From Mobula hypostoma (taxonomy: Eukaryota): a DNA stretch of 64,000 nucleotides. Position numbers and translations under genes: made by a program. This document shows positions 36,101 through 48,563 of the stretch, piece after piece (within the stretch, counting starts at the first letter, position 1; each line of letters starts with the position of its first letter). The notes under the pieces are model-generated. The model ran no database searches and was not told the DNA's origin. It saw only the letters and a list, made by a program, of their open reading frames with translations. The DNA is taken from NCBI RefSeq assembly GCF_963921235.1, contig NC_086097.1, positions 121,522,001 through 121,586,000 on the forward strand, in the 5' to 3' direction.

Positions 36101-36660
36101 AGGTAATTTTATGTTCAATCGGTGACTTACCTGAGTACAGGATACAGTTTTAAATAAGTTAATATATTCAAAATACTATTATACCTCTGAGAAAAATTCA
36201 GCCTTCCAGTTTTTTTTCATTAACTAAGCTAAATTGCTGTTCTCTTCATCCTTACTCCCTTTGATCTATCATCAAAGGAAAAATAATAAAGAATTAATGC
36301 GAAGTAAGTTGCAACAAAGAGATTGGTAAAATGACGTCAGAGAATAGAAATGATCATAATCATTTTATTGAATTGCAAAACTGAGAATAAAATTTTGAAA
36401 ATTCAATGATAGATTGATTCTTGACATATTTGAAATATGTGGAAATTAAACGAAGAAAATACCCTCTGTACCTTCACCGAAGTGCTGATAATTTCAGTAT
36501 TAGTCCTTTTCTTCAAAAATAATTGGCCCATTTCTGTCAATATTGATTGAGCAAGACCTATGTCTGAACCTGCAAAGAATCATGAGGTAAATGTTTTCAC
36601 CACTGCACTACCAAGATGTTTCATTTCATGTGAACTTTTTGACTTATACCCATCTATCAG

Positions 36661-36789
36661 GTCATTTCATCCTTTTATGTGGAATGGGGAGGAAATGCAG
36701 TATCTTTCATGGGGAAAGGAGTCACAAAGAATGCAGTTATCTGCTTGCTCCAGCTGTCCTATGAGATGAAAACGCAAGCCAAGGATAAG
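36661..36789 (+). CDS. RTTN: Rotatin exon 8 of 9: [43 protein letters not shown]
   Basis: atcag acceptor, GTAGGA donor. [18 protein letters not shown] motif; phase 0/0. Confidence 0.95.
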
Positions 36790-37056
36790 GTAGGATCATC
36801 AGTAGGATGCTTGCACGTTGTTTTCCTTTTGAGAAAGTATGTTTTCCTGATGCTTGCTTGCCACTTTATGATTGGATGTCATTTCATAGAATATCCAGAG
36901 TTCACTAATCCCTATGTAAGTAATAAGTTGTAAATTTCAACTGAATTTAGATGAAGTATTTGTAAGTAAGCAAAATTTTGAAGAGAAATCATAGTTTAGC
37001 ATGCGTGTCTTAATAAATCATAAATAGTACAAACTCATTTCAAGATGAATTTATCC

Positions 37057-37549
37057 TGAGGCCACTTTATTAGGTATCTCCTAATTAGGGGAATGTTTAT
37101 TCTCTTCTACTGCTGTAGCCCATCCACTTCAAGGTTTAAACTGTTGTGTGTTCAGGGATGCTGTTGTATGTTACTATTGCCCTCCTGTCAGCTTGAACCA
37201 GCCGGCCTTTCTTTGACCTCTCTCATTAACGAGACATTTTCGCCCACAGAACTGCCATTGTTTTTTTTTGTTTTTTCACGCCATTCTCTGTAAATTCTAG
37301 AGACTGTTGTGCATGAAAATCCCAGATGATCAGCAGTTTTTGAGATAGTCAAACCACCAACAATCATTCCATGGTTATAGTCACTTGGATCATATTTCTT
37401 CCCCTTTCTGATGTTCTGAATAGTAACTGAACCTCCTGACCATGTTTGCACGCTTTTATGCATTTAGTTGCTGCCACGTGATTGGCTGATTATATATTTA
37501 CATTAATGAGCAAGTGTACAAGTGCACCTAATAAAGTGGCTACTGAGTG
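37057..37549 (-). mobile_element. Non-autonomous Tc1-like element, same family as 5741-6298
   Basis: TIR CTAATAAAGTGGCTACTGAGTG followed by TA; ORF 37188..37463 (GKKYDPSDYNHGMIVG..TADHLGFSCTTVSRIYREW). Confidence 0.8.
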
Positions 37550-37789
37550 TAGATTTCAGCTTAGTTTAAATTAAACCTTTATATGCAAGCAAATATTTAA
37601 AAAAGAATCATAATTTAGTGTACATGGCTTATCAAATCATACATTATAGTAAGTTCATTTCAATATAAATTTAGATTGTATAGTGATATGGTAACTTATT
37701 AGAACTTATCCTCACCAATGAGACAAGATTTTCTAAAACAGTAAATGCATTCAGTTAACTATTAGTTCCACATGATGTATATTATAATA

Positions 37790-38262
37790 GAGTCATAGAA
37801 CATTACAGCTCAGAAACAGGCCATTCAGTCCATCCGGTCTGCACTGAACTATTATTCTGCTTAGTCCCATTGACCTGCACCTGGTCCTTAACCCTCCACC
37901 CCCCTCCCATCCATGTACCAATCCAAATTTCTCTTAAATGTTGAAATTGAACCTGTGTTCAGCACTTCCGCTGGCAGCTCATCCCACACTCTCACCACCC
38001 TCTGAGTGAAGAAGCTTCCCCTCTTTCACCTTTCACCCTTAATGAATGACTTCTAGTTCTAGTTTCAGCAGCCTCACTGGGAAACATCTGCTTGCATTTA
38101 CTCTATCTATACCATCCATAATTTTGTATACCTCTTCCAAATCCGCTCCTCCCCCCCCCATTCTCCTATACTTCAGGAATAAAGGCGGAACCTATTCAAC
38201 CTTTCCCTATAACTCAGGTCAAGTCCTGACAATGTCCTTGTTTTCTGCACTCTTTCAACCTT
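37790..38262 (-). mobile_element. CR1 3'-end fragment
   Basis: ORF 38173..38358 (KVERVQK...LSYRERLNR); similar to 23313-23800. Confidence 0.75.
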
Positions 38263-39809
38263 TCGATAGTAAATCTTTAATAGTGAAGGAAATTGTGCTA
38301 TGTGATTAACTGTACATTTACAACTCTGTAATAAACAGTAATATATTAACAAAAGCATATTGCCCTAAAACTCTGATTTTTATAGCTCAACAGTTAAGTT
38401 TGAATCTAGGTACATAATATTTTGGTTAAGGTAAGTTTTAGAATTAACAGAATAAGATCACGGGAGACTCAGTTTTAGGAAATGGTGTAGGTGGACCATT
38501 ATTAAGATCATTTACTGAGCTAAATACACAACATTTAAATTTTCGGACACTTTAAAGCCTCTTATAAAACAGAAACAGTATGAATGTAGTTTGACTAAAA
38601 GTGGAAAGAGAAAGTAGTGATGTGTGTAACTGAATCAGAATCAGTTTTATTCTTACTCATATATGTCTAAAAATTTGTTGCTTTGCAACAGCAGTACAGT
38701 GGAATACTGAAATAAAATTACTATCAGCTACAGTTTAAAAAATTAAAATCATTAAGTAGTGCAAAAAGTGAGGTAGTGTTTATGGGTTCATTGTCTGTCC
38801 AGAAATCTGATGGCAGATGGGAAGAAGCTGTTAGTAAGACATTAAGAGTGTATCAGCAAGCTCCTGTACCTCCTCCCTGATGGTAGCAATGAGAAAGGGC
38901 AAGTCCTGGATGCATCTTTACACAGGCAGAAATTGCTAAGCCCAGATGAAATACTTTCCTGGGTACTTAAAGAAGCAAGGGAAGAAATTCCAGAGGTCCT
39001 GTTCTTGCTCCTGAAATGCCGCCAGAGCTTTGGAGGACTGCTAATGCACTGATATTCTGAAAGAGGAAAGAAATATATCAGGTAACTTTGGGAATGAAAA
39101 AGTTATCAAAATCCTTTCTAGGGTACAATATTTACCTTCAGCTAGAGGGAGACAGATTAATCAGAGACTCTCAGCTTAAATTGGACTGCATCCGACTCCA
39201 AGGAAATACTCAGCAGGAGTACAGAAACAGACGGAATCCTGGACTCAGCTGTTTATTTATGTAACAGTTTTTTCCCCCAAGCCATCGGACTACCAACCTA
39301 CTGCCCTCTGCTGTGCCTATGGTCTTGTTTATTATTTATTGTAATGCCTGCACTCTTCTGTGTACTTTATGCAGTCCTGGGTAGGTCTGTAGTCTAGTGT
39401 AGTTTTTGTATTGTTTCATGTAGCACCATGGTCCTGAAAAATGCTGTCTTGTTTTTACTGTGTACTGTACCAGCAGTTATGGTCAAAATGACAATAAAAA
39501 GTGACTTGACTTGAACTCAGTGTTATTACAGAAAGGTCATGTCTGGCCAATGATTTAACCTTTTGGGGAAGTTCATTTGATATAGTACATATGAATGTAA
39601 AGGAGATTTTATACAAAGTCTCTAAAGGTAGAATGGTTAAGAAAATAAAACCCATGGGAGAGTGAGAGAATGGCATATCAAGTCCAAAGAATAAAGGTCA
39701 GCTTTCTGTGTGGAAGTCTGTTCTAAATAGGGCTTGGTACTCAATTCATGGCTTAACAAGTTTTAATAATTCCTTTATTGTGTTCCTAACATTTAAGTTA
39801 TACCACATA

Positions 39810-40098
39810 GTGCAACAGTTAGTATGATGTTATTACAGTTCAGGGCATTCTGGTGTTTGAAGTTCAAATGTGGTGCCGTCCTGTAAGGATTCTGTATGAC
39901 CTCCCTGTGAATTGTGCAGGTTTTCCTGGGTGCTGTGGTTTCCTCCGACAGTCTGAAGGTGTGCCGGGTAGGTTAATTCGGCATTGTAAATTTTTAATAT
40001 TTTTAATTCGGTTAATTGTAATTGTTAATTGTAAGTTAGGTTAATTAGGTTTGTTGAGGGTGAGGGTTGCTGGGGCGATGTAGTATTCAGGACTGGAA
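39810..40098 (+). mobile_element. V-domain SINE split by the full-length CR1 (tail resumes at 45255-45297)
   Basis: Shared SINE core; aggactggaa|gggtctgctctgtgttttatc...aaataaa rejoins, with gaa at both junctions. Confidence 0.65.
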
Positions 40099-43000
40099 AC
40101 AGAGAAAATAGGTGCAGGAGTAGGCCATTCGGCCCTTCGAGCCTGCACCGCCATTCAGTATGATCATGGCTGATCATCCAACTCAGAACCCTGTACCAGC
40201 CTTCCCTCCATACCCCCTGATCCCTTCAGCCACAAGGGCCATATCTAACTCCCTCTTAAATATAGCCAATGAACTGGCCTCAACTGTTTCCTGTGGCAGA
40301 GAATTCCACAGATTCAGCACTCTCTGTGTGAAGAAGTTTTTCCTAATCTCGGTCCAAAAAGGCTTCGCCTTTATCCTCAGACTGTGACCCCTCGTTCTGA
40401 ACTTCCCCAACATCAGGAACAATCTTCCTGCATCTAGCCTGTCCAATCCCTTGAGGATTTTATACGTTTCAATCAGATCCCCCCTCAATCTTCTAAATTC
40501 CAGCGAGTATAAGCCTAGTTCATCCAGTCTTTTATCATATGTAAGTGGTGCCATCCCAGGAATCAATCTGGTGAACCTTCTTTGTACTCCCTCTATGGCA
40601 AGGATGTCTTTCCTCAGATTAGGGGACCAAAACTGCACACAGTACTCCAGGTGTGGTCTCACCAAGGCTTTGTACAACTGCAGTAGTACCTCCCTGCTCC
40701 TGTACTTGAATCCTCTTGCTATAAATGCTAGCATACCATTCGCCTTTTTCACCACCTGCTGTACCTGCATGCCCACTTTCAATGACTGGTGTATAATGAC
40801 ACCCAGGTCTCGTTGCACCTCCCCTTTTCCTAATCAGCCACCATTCAGATAATAATCTGTTTTCCTGTTTTTGCCACCAAAGTGGATAACTTCACATTTA
40901 TCCACATTAAATTGCATCTGCCATGAACTTGCCCACTCACCTAACCTATCCAAGTCACCCTGCATCCTCTTAGCATCCTCCTCACAGCTAACACTGCCGC
41001 CCAGCTTCGTGTCATCTGCAAACTTGGAGATGCTGCATTTAATTCCCTCATCCAAGTCATTAATATATATTGTAAACATCTGGGGTCCCAGCACTGAGCC
41101 TTGCGGTACCCCACTAGTCACTGCCTGCCATTCTGAAAAGGTCCCGTTTATTCCCACTCTTTGCTTCCTGTCTGCCAACCAATTCTCTATCCACATCAAT
41201 ACCTTACTCCCAATACCCTGTGCTTTAAGTTTGCACACTAATCTCCTGTGCGGGACCTTGTCAAAAGCCTTTTGAAAATCTAAATATACCACATCCACTG
41301 GTTCTCCCCTATCCACTCTACTAGTTACATCCTCAAAAAATTCTATGAGATTCGTCAGACATGATTTTCCTTTCACAAATCCATGCTGACTTTGTCTGAT
41401 GATTTCACCGCTTTCCAAATGTGCTGTTATCACGTCTTTGATAACTGACTCTAGCAGTTTCTCCACCACCGATGTTAGGCTAACCGGTCTTTAATTCCCT
41501 GGTTTCTCTGTCCCTCCTTTTTTAAAAAGTGGGGTTACATTAGCCACCCTCCAATCCTCAGGAACTAGTCCAGAATCTAAAGAGTTTTAAAAAATTATCA
41601 CTAATGCATCCACTATTTCTTGGGCTACTTCCTTAAGCACTCTGGGATGCAGACCATCTGGCCCTGGGGATTTATCTGCCTTTAATCCCTTCAAATTACC
41701 TAACACCACTTCCCTACTAATATGTATTTCCCTCAGTTCCTCCATCTCTCTGGACCCTCTGTCCCCTACTATTTCCGGAAGATTATTTATGTTCTCCTTA
41801 GTGAAGACAGAACCAAAGTAATTATTCAATTGGTCTGCCATGTCCTTGCTCCCCATAATCAATTCACCTGTTTCTGTCTGTAGGGGACCTACATTTGTCT
41901 TAAGCAATCTTTTTCTTTTCACATATCTAGAAAAGCTTTTACAGTCAGTTTTTATGTTCCCTGTCAGTTTTCTCTCATAATCTTTTTTCCCTTTCCTAAT
42001 TAAGCCCTTTGTCCTCCTCTGCTGAACTCTGAATTTCTCCCAGTCCTCAGGTGAGCCACTTTTTCTGGCTAATTTGTATGCTTCTTCTTTGGAATTGATA
42101 CTATCCCTAATTTCCCTTGTCAGCCACGGGTGCACTACCTTCCTTGATTTATTCTTTTGCCAAACTGGGATGAACAATTGTTGTAGTTCATCCATGCGAT
42201 CTTTAAATGCTTGCCATTGCATATCCACTCTGTCAACCCTTTAAGTGTCATTTGCCAGTCTATCTTAGCTAATTCACGTCTCATACCTTCAAAGTTACCC
42301 TTCTTTAAGTTCAGAACCTTTGTTTCTGAATTAACTATGTCACTCTCCATCTTAATGAAGAATTCCACCATATTATGGTCACTCTTACCCAAGGGGCCTC
42401 TCACGACAAGATTGCTAATTAACCCTTCCTCATTGCTCAATACCCAGTCTAGAATAGCCTGTTCTCTAGTTGGTTCCTCGACATGTTGATTCAAAAAAAC
42501 CATCCCGCATACATTCCAAGAAATCCTCTTCCTCAGCACCCTTACCAATTTGGTTCACCCAATCTACATGTAGATTGAAGTCACCCATTATAACTGCTGT
42601 TCTTTTATTGCACACATTTCTAATTTCCTGTTTAATGCCATCCTCAACCTCATTACTACTGTTAGGTGGCCTGTACACAACTCCCACCAGCGTTTTCTGC
42701 CCCTTAGTGTTATGCAGCTCTACCCATATCGATTCCACATCCTCCCGGCTTATGTCCTTCCTTTCTATTGCGTTAATCTCCTCTCTAACCTGCAACACCA
42801 CCCCACCTCCTTTTCTTTCATGTCTATCCCTCCTGAATATTGAATATCCCTGAATGTTGAGCTCCCATCCTTGGTCACCCTGGAGCCATGTCTCTGTGAT
42901 CCCAACTATATCATATTCATTAATAACAATCTGCACTTTTAATTCATCCACCTTGTTACGAATGCTCCTTGCATTGACACACAAAGCCTTCAGGCGCTCT

Positions 43001-44204
43001 TTTACAACTCTCTTAGCCCTTATACAATTATGTTGAAAAGTGGCCTTTTTTGATGCTTGCCCTGGATTTCTCGGCCTGCCACTTCTACTTTTCACTTACT
43101 ACTTTTTGCTTCTACCCTCATTGTACACCCCTCTGTCTCTCTGCACTGGTTCCCATCCCCCTGTTGTGAACTAACCTCCTCTCGCCTAGCCTCTTTAATT
43201 TGATTCCCACCCCACAACCATTCTAGTTTAAAGTCACCTCAGTAGCCCTTGCTAATCTCCCTGCCAGGATATTGGTCCCCCTAGGATTCAAGTGTAACCC
43301 GTCCTTTTTGTACAGGTCACGCCTGTGCCAAAAGAGGTCCCAATGATCCAAAAACTTGCATCCCTGCCCCCTGCTCCAATCCCTCAGCCATCCATTTATC
43401 CTCCACCTCATTGCATTCCTACTCTCATTGTCGCGTGGCACAGGCAGTAATCCTGAGATTACTACCTTTGCGGTCCTTTTTCTCAACTCCCTTCCTAGCT
43501 CCCTATATTTCCCTTCCAGGACCTCTTCCCTTTTCCTACCTATGTCATTGGTACCTATATGTACCATGACCTCCGGCTCCTCACGCTCCCACTTCAGGAT
43601 ATCTTGGACACAATCAGAAATATCCCGGACCCTGGCACCAGGGAGGCAAACTACCATCTGGGTCTCTGGACTGCGTCCACAGAATTGCCTATCTGACCCC
43701 CTTACTATCGAGTCCCCTATTACATCTGCCCTCCTCTTCCGTTCCCTACCCTTCTGAGCTACAGGGCCGGACTCTGTGCCGGAGGCACGGGCACTGTCGC
43801 TTCCCCCAGGTAAGCTGTCCCCCCCCCCCCAACACTACTCAAATAGGAGTACCTATTGTCAAGGGGCACAGCCACTGGGATACTCTCTATTACCTGACTC
43901 TTCCCCTTCCCCCTCCTAGCCGTGACCCACTGGTCTGCCTCCCGTGGCCCCGGTGTGACCACCTGCCTGTAACTCCTATCTATCAACTCCTCACTCTCCC
44001 TGACCAGATGAAGGTCATCGAGCTGCAGCTCCAGTTCCCTAACGGGGTCCCTTAGGAGCTGCATCTCAGCGCAGCTGGCGCAGATGTGGACATTCGGGAG
44101 GCTTGGAGACTCCCACATCCGGCACCGAGAACAACAAACTGCCCTCACACTCAAACTGGCCCTCTCCTCAAATAACAACAAAAAAAAAAGAATGAATACC
44201 AAAC

Positions 44205-44985
44205 GCTACACATGCCCTTACACTTCCTCCCTTACCACCATTCAGGGCCCCAAACAGTCCTTCCAGGTGAGGCATCACTTCACCTGTGAGTCGACTGGGG
44301 TGATATACTGCGTCCGGTGCTCCCGATGTGGCCTTTTATATATTGGTGAGACGCGACGCAGACTGGGAGACCGCTTTGCTGAACATCTACGCTCTGTCCG
44401 CCAGAGAAAGCAGGATCTCCCAGTGGCCACACATTTTAATTCCACATCCCATTCCCATTCTGACATGTCTATCCACGGCCTCCTCTACTGTAAAGATGAA
44501 GCCACACTCAGGTTGGAGGAACAACACCTTATATTCCGTATGGGTGGCCTCCAACCTGATGGCATGAACATTGACTTCTCTAACTTCCGCTAGGCCCCAC
44601 CTCCCCCTCGTACCCCATCTGTTACTCTTTTTTATGCACACATTCTTTCTCTCACTCTCCTTTTTCTCCCTCTGTCCCTCTGAATATACCTCTTGCCCAT
44701 CCTCTGGGTCACTCCCCCCCCCCCGTCTTTCTTCCCGGACCTCCTGTCCCATGATCCTCTCGTATCCCCTTCTGCCTATCACCTGTCCAGCTCTCGGCTC
44801 CATCCCTCCCCCTCCTGTCTTCTCCTATCATTTTGCATCTCCCCCTCCCCCTCCAGCTTTCAAATCCCTTACTCACTCTTCCTTCAGTTAGTCCTGACGA
44901 AGGGTCTCGGCCTGAAACGTCGACTGCGCCTCTTCCTATAGATGCTGCCTGGCCTGCTGCGTTCACCAGCAACTTTGATGTATGT
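44205..44985 (+). mobile_element. Young 5'-truncated PLE (GIY-YIG endonuclease plus terminal repeat) inserted in the CR1 5' region
   Basis: VIYCVRCSRCGLLYIGETRRRLGDRFAEH...EQHLIF..GMN; perfect 8-bp TSD taccaaac at 44197-44204/44986-44993. Confidence 0.93.
44889..44926 (+). ncRNA. Minimal type I hammerhead ribozyme motif (PLE-type), intact
   Basis: UAGUC-CUGACGA-AGG(GUCUCGG)CCU-GAA-ACGU-C-GACUG. Helix I UAGUC/GACUG, predicted cleavage after C44921. Confidence 0.78.
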
Positions 44986-45839
44986 TACCAAACCTTCCTC
45001 GCCTTGCCCTTTTCCGCCTAAGCCCGGTGAGCTGAAGCCCTTAAGCCTTCACTCTGCTCCCAGCTCACTCCGCAGCCCACAAACTATGCTGCCGGCTGTA
45101 TGAGGCTCTGTTCCTTTTAAATCTTCCGCGCTTCACTGCCCGACGTCACACACCTGCGCAGTCCTGCCTCTCTGAACGCCGATGGAAAAAAAAATGAAAA
45201 ATTCAAAAATGTTTTCCTCCGCACTCCCGCTCCGCTTCTCAGACTTCCTTCTTCGAAGGGTCTGCTCTGTGTTTTATCGCTAGGTCAGTAAAATAAACTA
45301 AACAAATAGTATGGTAGTTTCAGCATCATGCACGCCTTGCTTGGTGTTTGACTTTCCTGTTGCATATTCTGCCGCCTTTGTGCATGTGTGCACATTGCAT
45401 GCGTGGCAGTACACGTTTGTAAATTTCAATGTGCATTCTGCATGTGACAAGGCAGTGTCACATTCCTCAGTTTTATTCTGCATTTTAAACACGTTGTGTC
45501 TGCCATTAAATTGAGTTTCCAGTCAAAGAGTTAGGAAGAAAAAAAATCATGGTATGTTGGGATTTGATTCTATGCCTTCCTTAATTGAAACAGAGTTACG
45601 ATAAGGAACACAAAAGCAATGAGGAATTTTGCAGACGGAGTTTCAGTGGTAAATGCTTTTAGGTATATTAATGTAAAATACCAGGTAAAGAAGCTGAGAT
45701 CATTCAGGAAAAACTTAGTGACAGTAGTTGATTTAGCTGCAAAATTTAGAAAATTGAAATATTATCTGAAGAATGTGAGGACATTTAATACTGTGATGAT
45801 AAGGACGTTTGGAAAAAGTGCTGGAGAACACTTCGCTTT

Positions 45840-46135
45840 CTCAGTGGCACAGCTACTAGAGCTGCTGCCTCAGCTCCAGGGACCCAGCTCAATCCTGACT
45901 TCTACGGTCAAGTTCTACCCACAACTGTGTGGGTTTCTTCTGGGTGCCATGGTTTCCTCCCACATCCCTGCAACGTACAGGCACTTTAAATTGTCCCTTG
46001 TGCAAGGGTAAGTGATTGAATCTGGGGTAAATGGATGGGAAAGTGAGAATAATAAAACAGACTTGTATAGGAAAAGAATGCACACATGGAGCGAGGCAGT
46101 GTATTTCCATGCAGTATGTCTGTTTATAGACATGA
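45840..46135 (+). mobile_element. Decayed V-domain SINE
   Basis: gagctgctgcctcagctccagggacccagctcaatcctgac head plus gtgggtttcttctgggtgccatggtttcctcccacatcc core. Confidence 0.55.
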
Positions 46136-46210
46136 CCACATTCCTGTGATGCTGGCTGAATAAGAAGTAGGCAGAATAATGAAGAGTGCAGATGATGGTA
46201 GAATGGTATA

Positions 46211-47752
46211 CAGTGCCTTGTAGAAGTATTCAGCTCCCACAACTACTTTCACTTTTTTATTGTATCATTTTCTAAATTTAAAATACACTGAAGTAGGAAT
46301 TCTTTGAGCTAATCTACAAAACATTGTGCATCATGTCAAATCAAAAGAAAAATTCCAAAACTTGCCAACAATTTACAAAAAATTTAAAAACCAAAACTGT
46401 GAGGCTAAAGAAGTATTCATCCCCTTTGTAATTACTACACTAACTTTCTTCAGATGCAATAATTTACCTTGCCAAATCACCTAATTTGTTAATTTGCTGA
46501 TGTAGGAAATTGGAGGATCACTTGTTTGCAATGAATTCATAAGAATAAATACTCCCTCTCTCTGCAAGGTCCATCAGTATGGTAGATTTTCAACGGACCA
46601 AACCAAAATGAAGACAAAAGAGTATTCAAGCAAAGTCAGGGAAATGATAATACAAAACCGAATCTGGGGAAGGATACAGATCATCTCAAAGCACTCATCA
46701 TACCTCAGAGCTCAGTGTAGTCCATTGTGAGAAAGTATGAAACCACAGCCACACTGCCCAGGTCAGCCTGCCCCTCTAAACTTAGTTGCCAAAGAAGAAA
46801 GACACTTGTAAGAAAGGCTACTGTGACAGCTCTGAGTGAGCTGCAGAAGTCAGTAGGTGCAACTGGAGATGAAGTTCATGACTCCACAATCTCTAGGGCC
46901 TTGTACAAAAAGGGTATTGATGGCAGAGTGTCAAGGAAGAAGCCCTGGCTTTAAAGAAAAAAGCATATCCCTGCCCATAAAGACTTTGCGAAGTGACACT
47001 TAGAAGGTGCTGTAAAGATGTGGAAGAAGGTCTTGCACTCAGAATAAGCGGTACATGTAGCATAAATGTAATACTGTGCATCAGCCAGGTAACACTATCC
47101 CTACAGTCCCTATGGTGGAGGTAGCATCATGCTATGGGGATGCTTTTCAGCAGTAGGTACTGGAAATCTGGTCAGGATTAATGGGAAGATGAAGGCAGCT
47201 AAATACGGAGAGATCCTGGACAAAAAACTGCTTGTCTCTGCTAGAAATCTTAAACTGGGGAGGGAGTTCGTCATTCTGCAGGACAATAACCCAAAACACA
47301 CTGCCAGAACAATCATGAGGTGGCTTCAAATGAAGAAAATTGATATTCTTTATTGGCTCAGTAAGAGTCCTGACCTTAACCTGATCAAACATCTCTACCA
47401 AGACATCAAGGTTGCTGTCCACTGCTGACTCCTAACCTGGCACAACTTGAGCTATTTTTCAGAGGAATGGGCAATGCTTGCTCCATCACTTTGTGAAAAG
47501 CTAATAGAGACATTGTGTTAATAGAGAGTTGGTTCATCTAAGTACTGAGCAAAGGAGGATGAATACTTGTAAAATGCTGACATTTCAGTTTTTCATGCTT
47601 CACTATTTTCCCTGATTATTGGGCTCTATTTTGAAATAAGGAACATGGCATTCATAAATAAAAATTCTCAGTTAAATTGATCAAAATCCTTGGTTGTAAT
47701 ATTCATTTATGTAAATAAAGGGTTGGGGGCTAAATACTTTCATAAGGCACTG
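46211..47752 (+). mobile_element. Tc1-family DNA transposon (IR/DR type), transposase pseudogene
   Basis: TA flanks at 46209-46210 and 47753-47754; TIR CAGTGCCTT..AAGTATT; inner repeats at about 46409-46428 and 47550-47569. Transposase remnants SRKKPWL, GGGSIMLWGCFS, QDNNPKH, SPDLNLIK. Confidence 0.92.
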
Positions 47753-47811
47753 TATGTAGGAACATAGAGCTCTAAGAAAAGAAATGTCCACAATTAACAA
47801 AAGACTCTGAT

Positions 47812-48262
47812 AAACAGACTAAATGCTGAGGAACTCAGTGGGTCATGCAGCATCTTCAGAGAGGAATAAACAGTCAATGTTTCAGGCTGAGATCCTTCAC
47901 CAGGACTGGAAAGGATTGAGGAAGAAGCCAGAATAAGATGGTGGGGGAGGGGAAGCAGTAAAAGCTGGCTAGCGATAGCTGAGACCTGTTGAGGGGGAAG
48001 GTGGGTGGCTGAGGTCAAGGGGTTGAATTGAGAAGCTGGGAGATTATAAGTGGAAGAGGTAAAGGGGCTGAAGAAGAAGAAATTTGATAAGAGAGGACAG
48101 TGGGCCATGGAAGAAAGGGAAGGAGGAACGCCAGAGGGATGTGATAGGCAGATGAGGCTAAGAGAAGGGGTTAGAGGGGAGCCAGAGTTGTGAATAGAAA
48201 AAGAGAAGGGGGAGGTGGAGAAATCACCAAAATTTAGAGATATTGATCTTTATGCCATCAGA
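47812..48262 (-). mobile_element. PLE terminal-repeat fragment
   Basis: Similar to 18750-19140; decayed hammerhead cagtcctggtgaaggatctcagcctgaaacattgactg on the minus strand. Confidence 0.7.
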
Positions 48263-48563
48263 TTAGCAAAGACTAATGAGGTGATTTGCAGATAGGTTAT
48301 TAAAATTTAGGAGGTTAATTTGGATGTCAAAAATGAAGAATCATGATTGCCAGCAGGTTCCAATTTTATACTGAAGCACCAAGATTTTGAATAATTCAGA
48401 TAGATAATATGATATGCAATAAATATAAGAGACAAATAGGGAAATGAAGAACGTATTTCAGAAGATAAGTAACCTGGTTGTTACCTGTACAGGAAACAAT
48501 ATCCTGTATTTGGGGGAAAAAAAAGCAGTGCTACTTTTTTTTAAAAAAAGTGCATGGAAATTG

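Larger units (their letters stand above)
40099..45254 (-). mobile_element. Apparently full-length CR1 LINE: 5' UTR, ORF1 (Zn finger/coiled coil plus SGNH esterase), ORF2 (APE+RT); inactivated
   Basis: ORF1 pieces 43759..44202 (CSRC..HICASC..LELQL) and 43223..43657 (CLPGA, HIGTND, DGLHLN). ORF2 pieces 42466..43095, 42135..42548, 41587..42228, 40834..41469 and 40183..40818. CpG-richer 5' UTR at 44994-45254. Confidence 0.95.

Noticed and set aside
43815..43832. Programmed frameshift in CR1 ORF1 at the C/G homopolymer
   Set aside because: More simply a slippage mutation or sequencing error; the copy has other disabling lesions.
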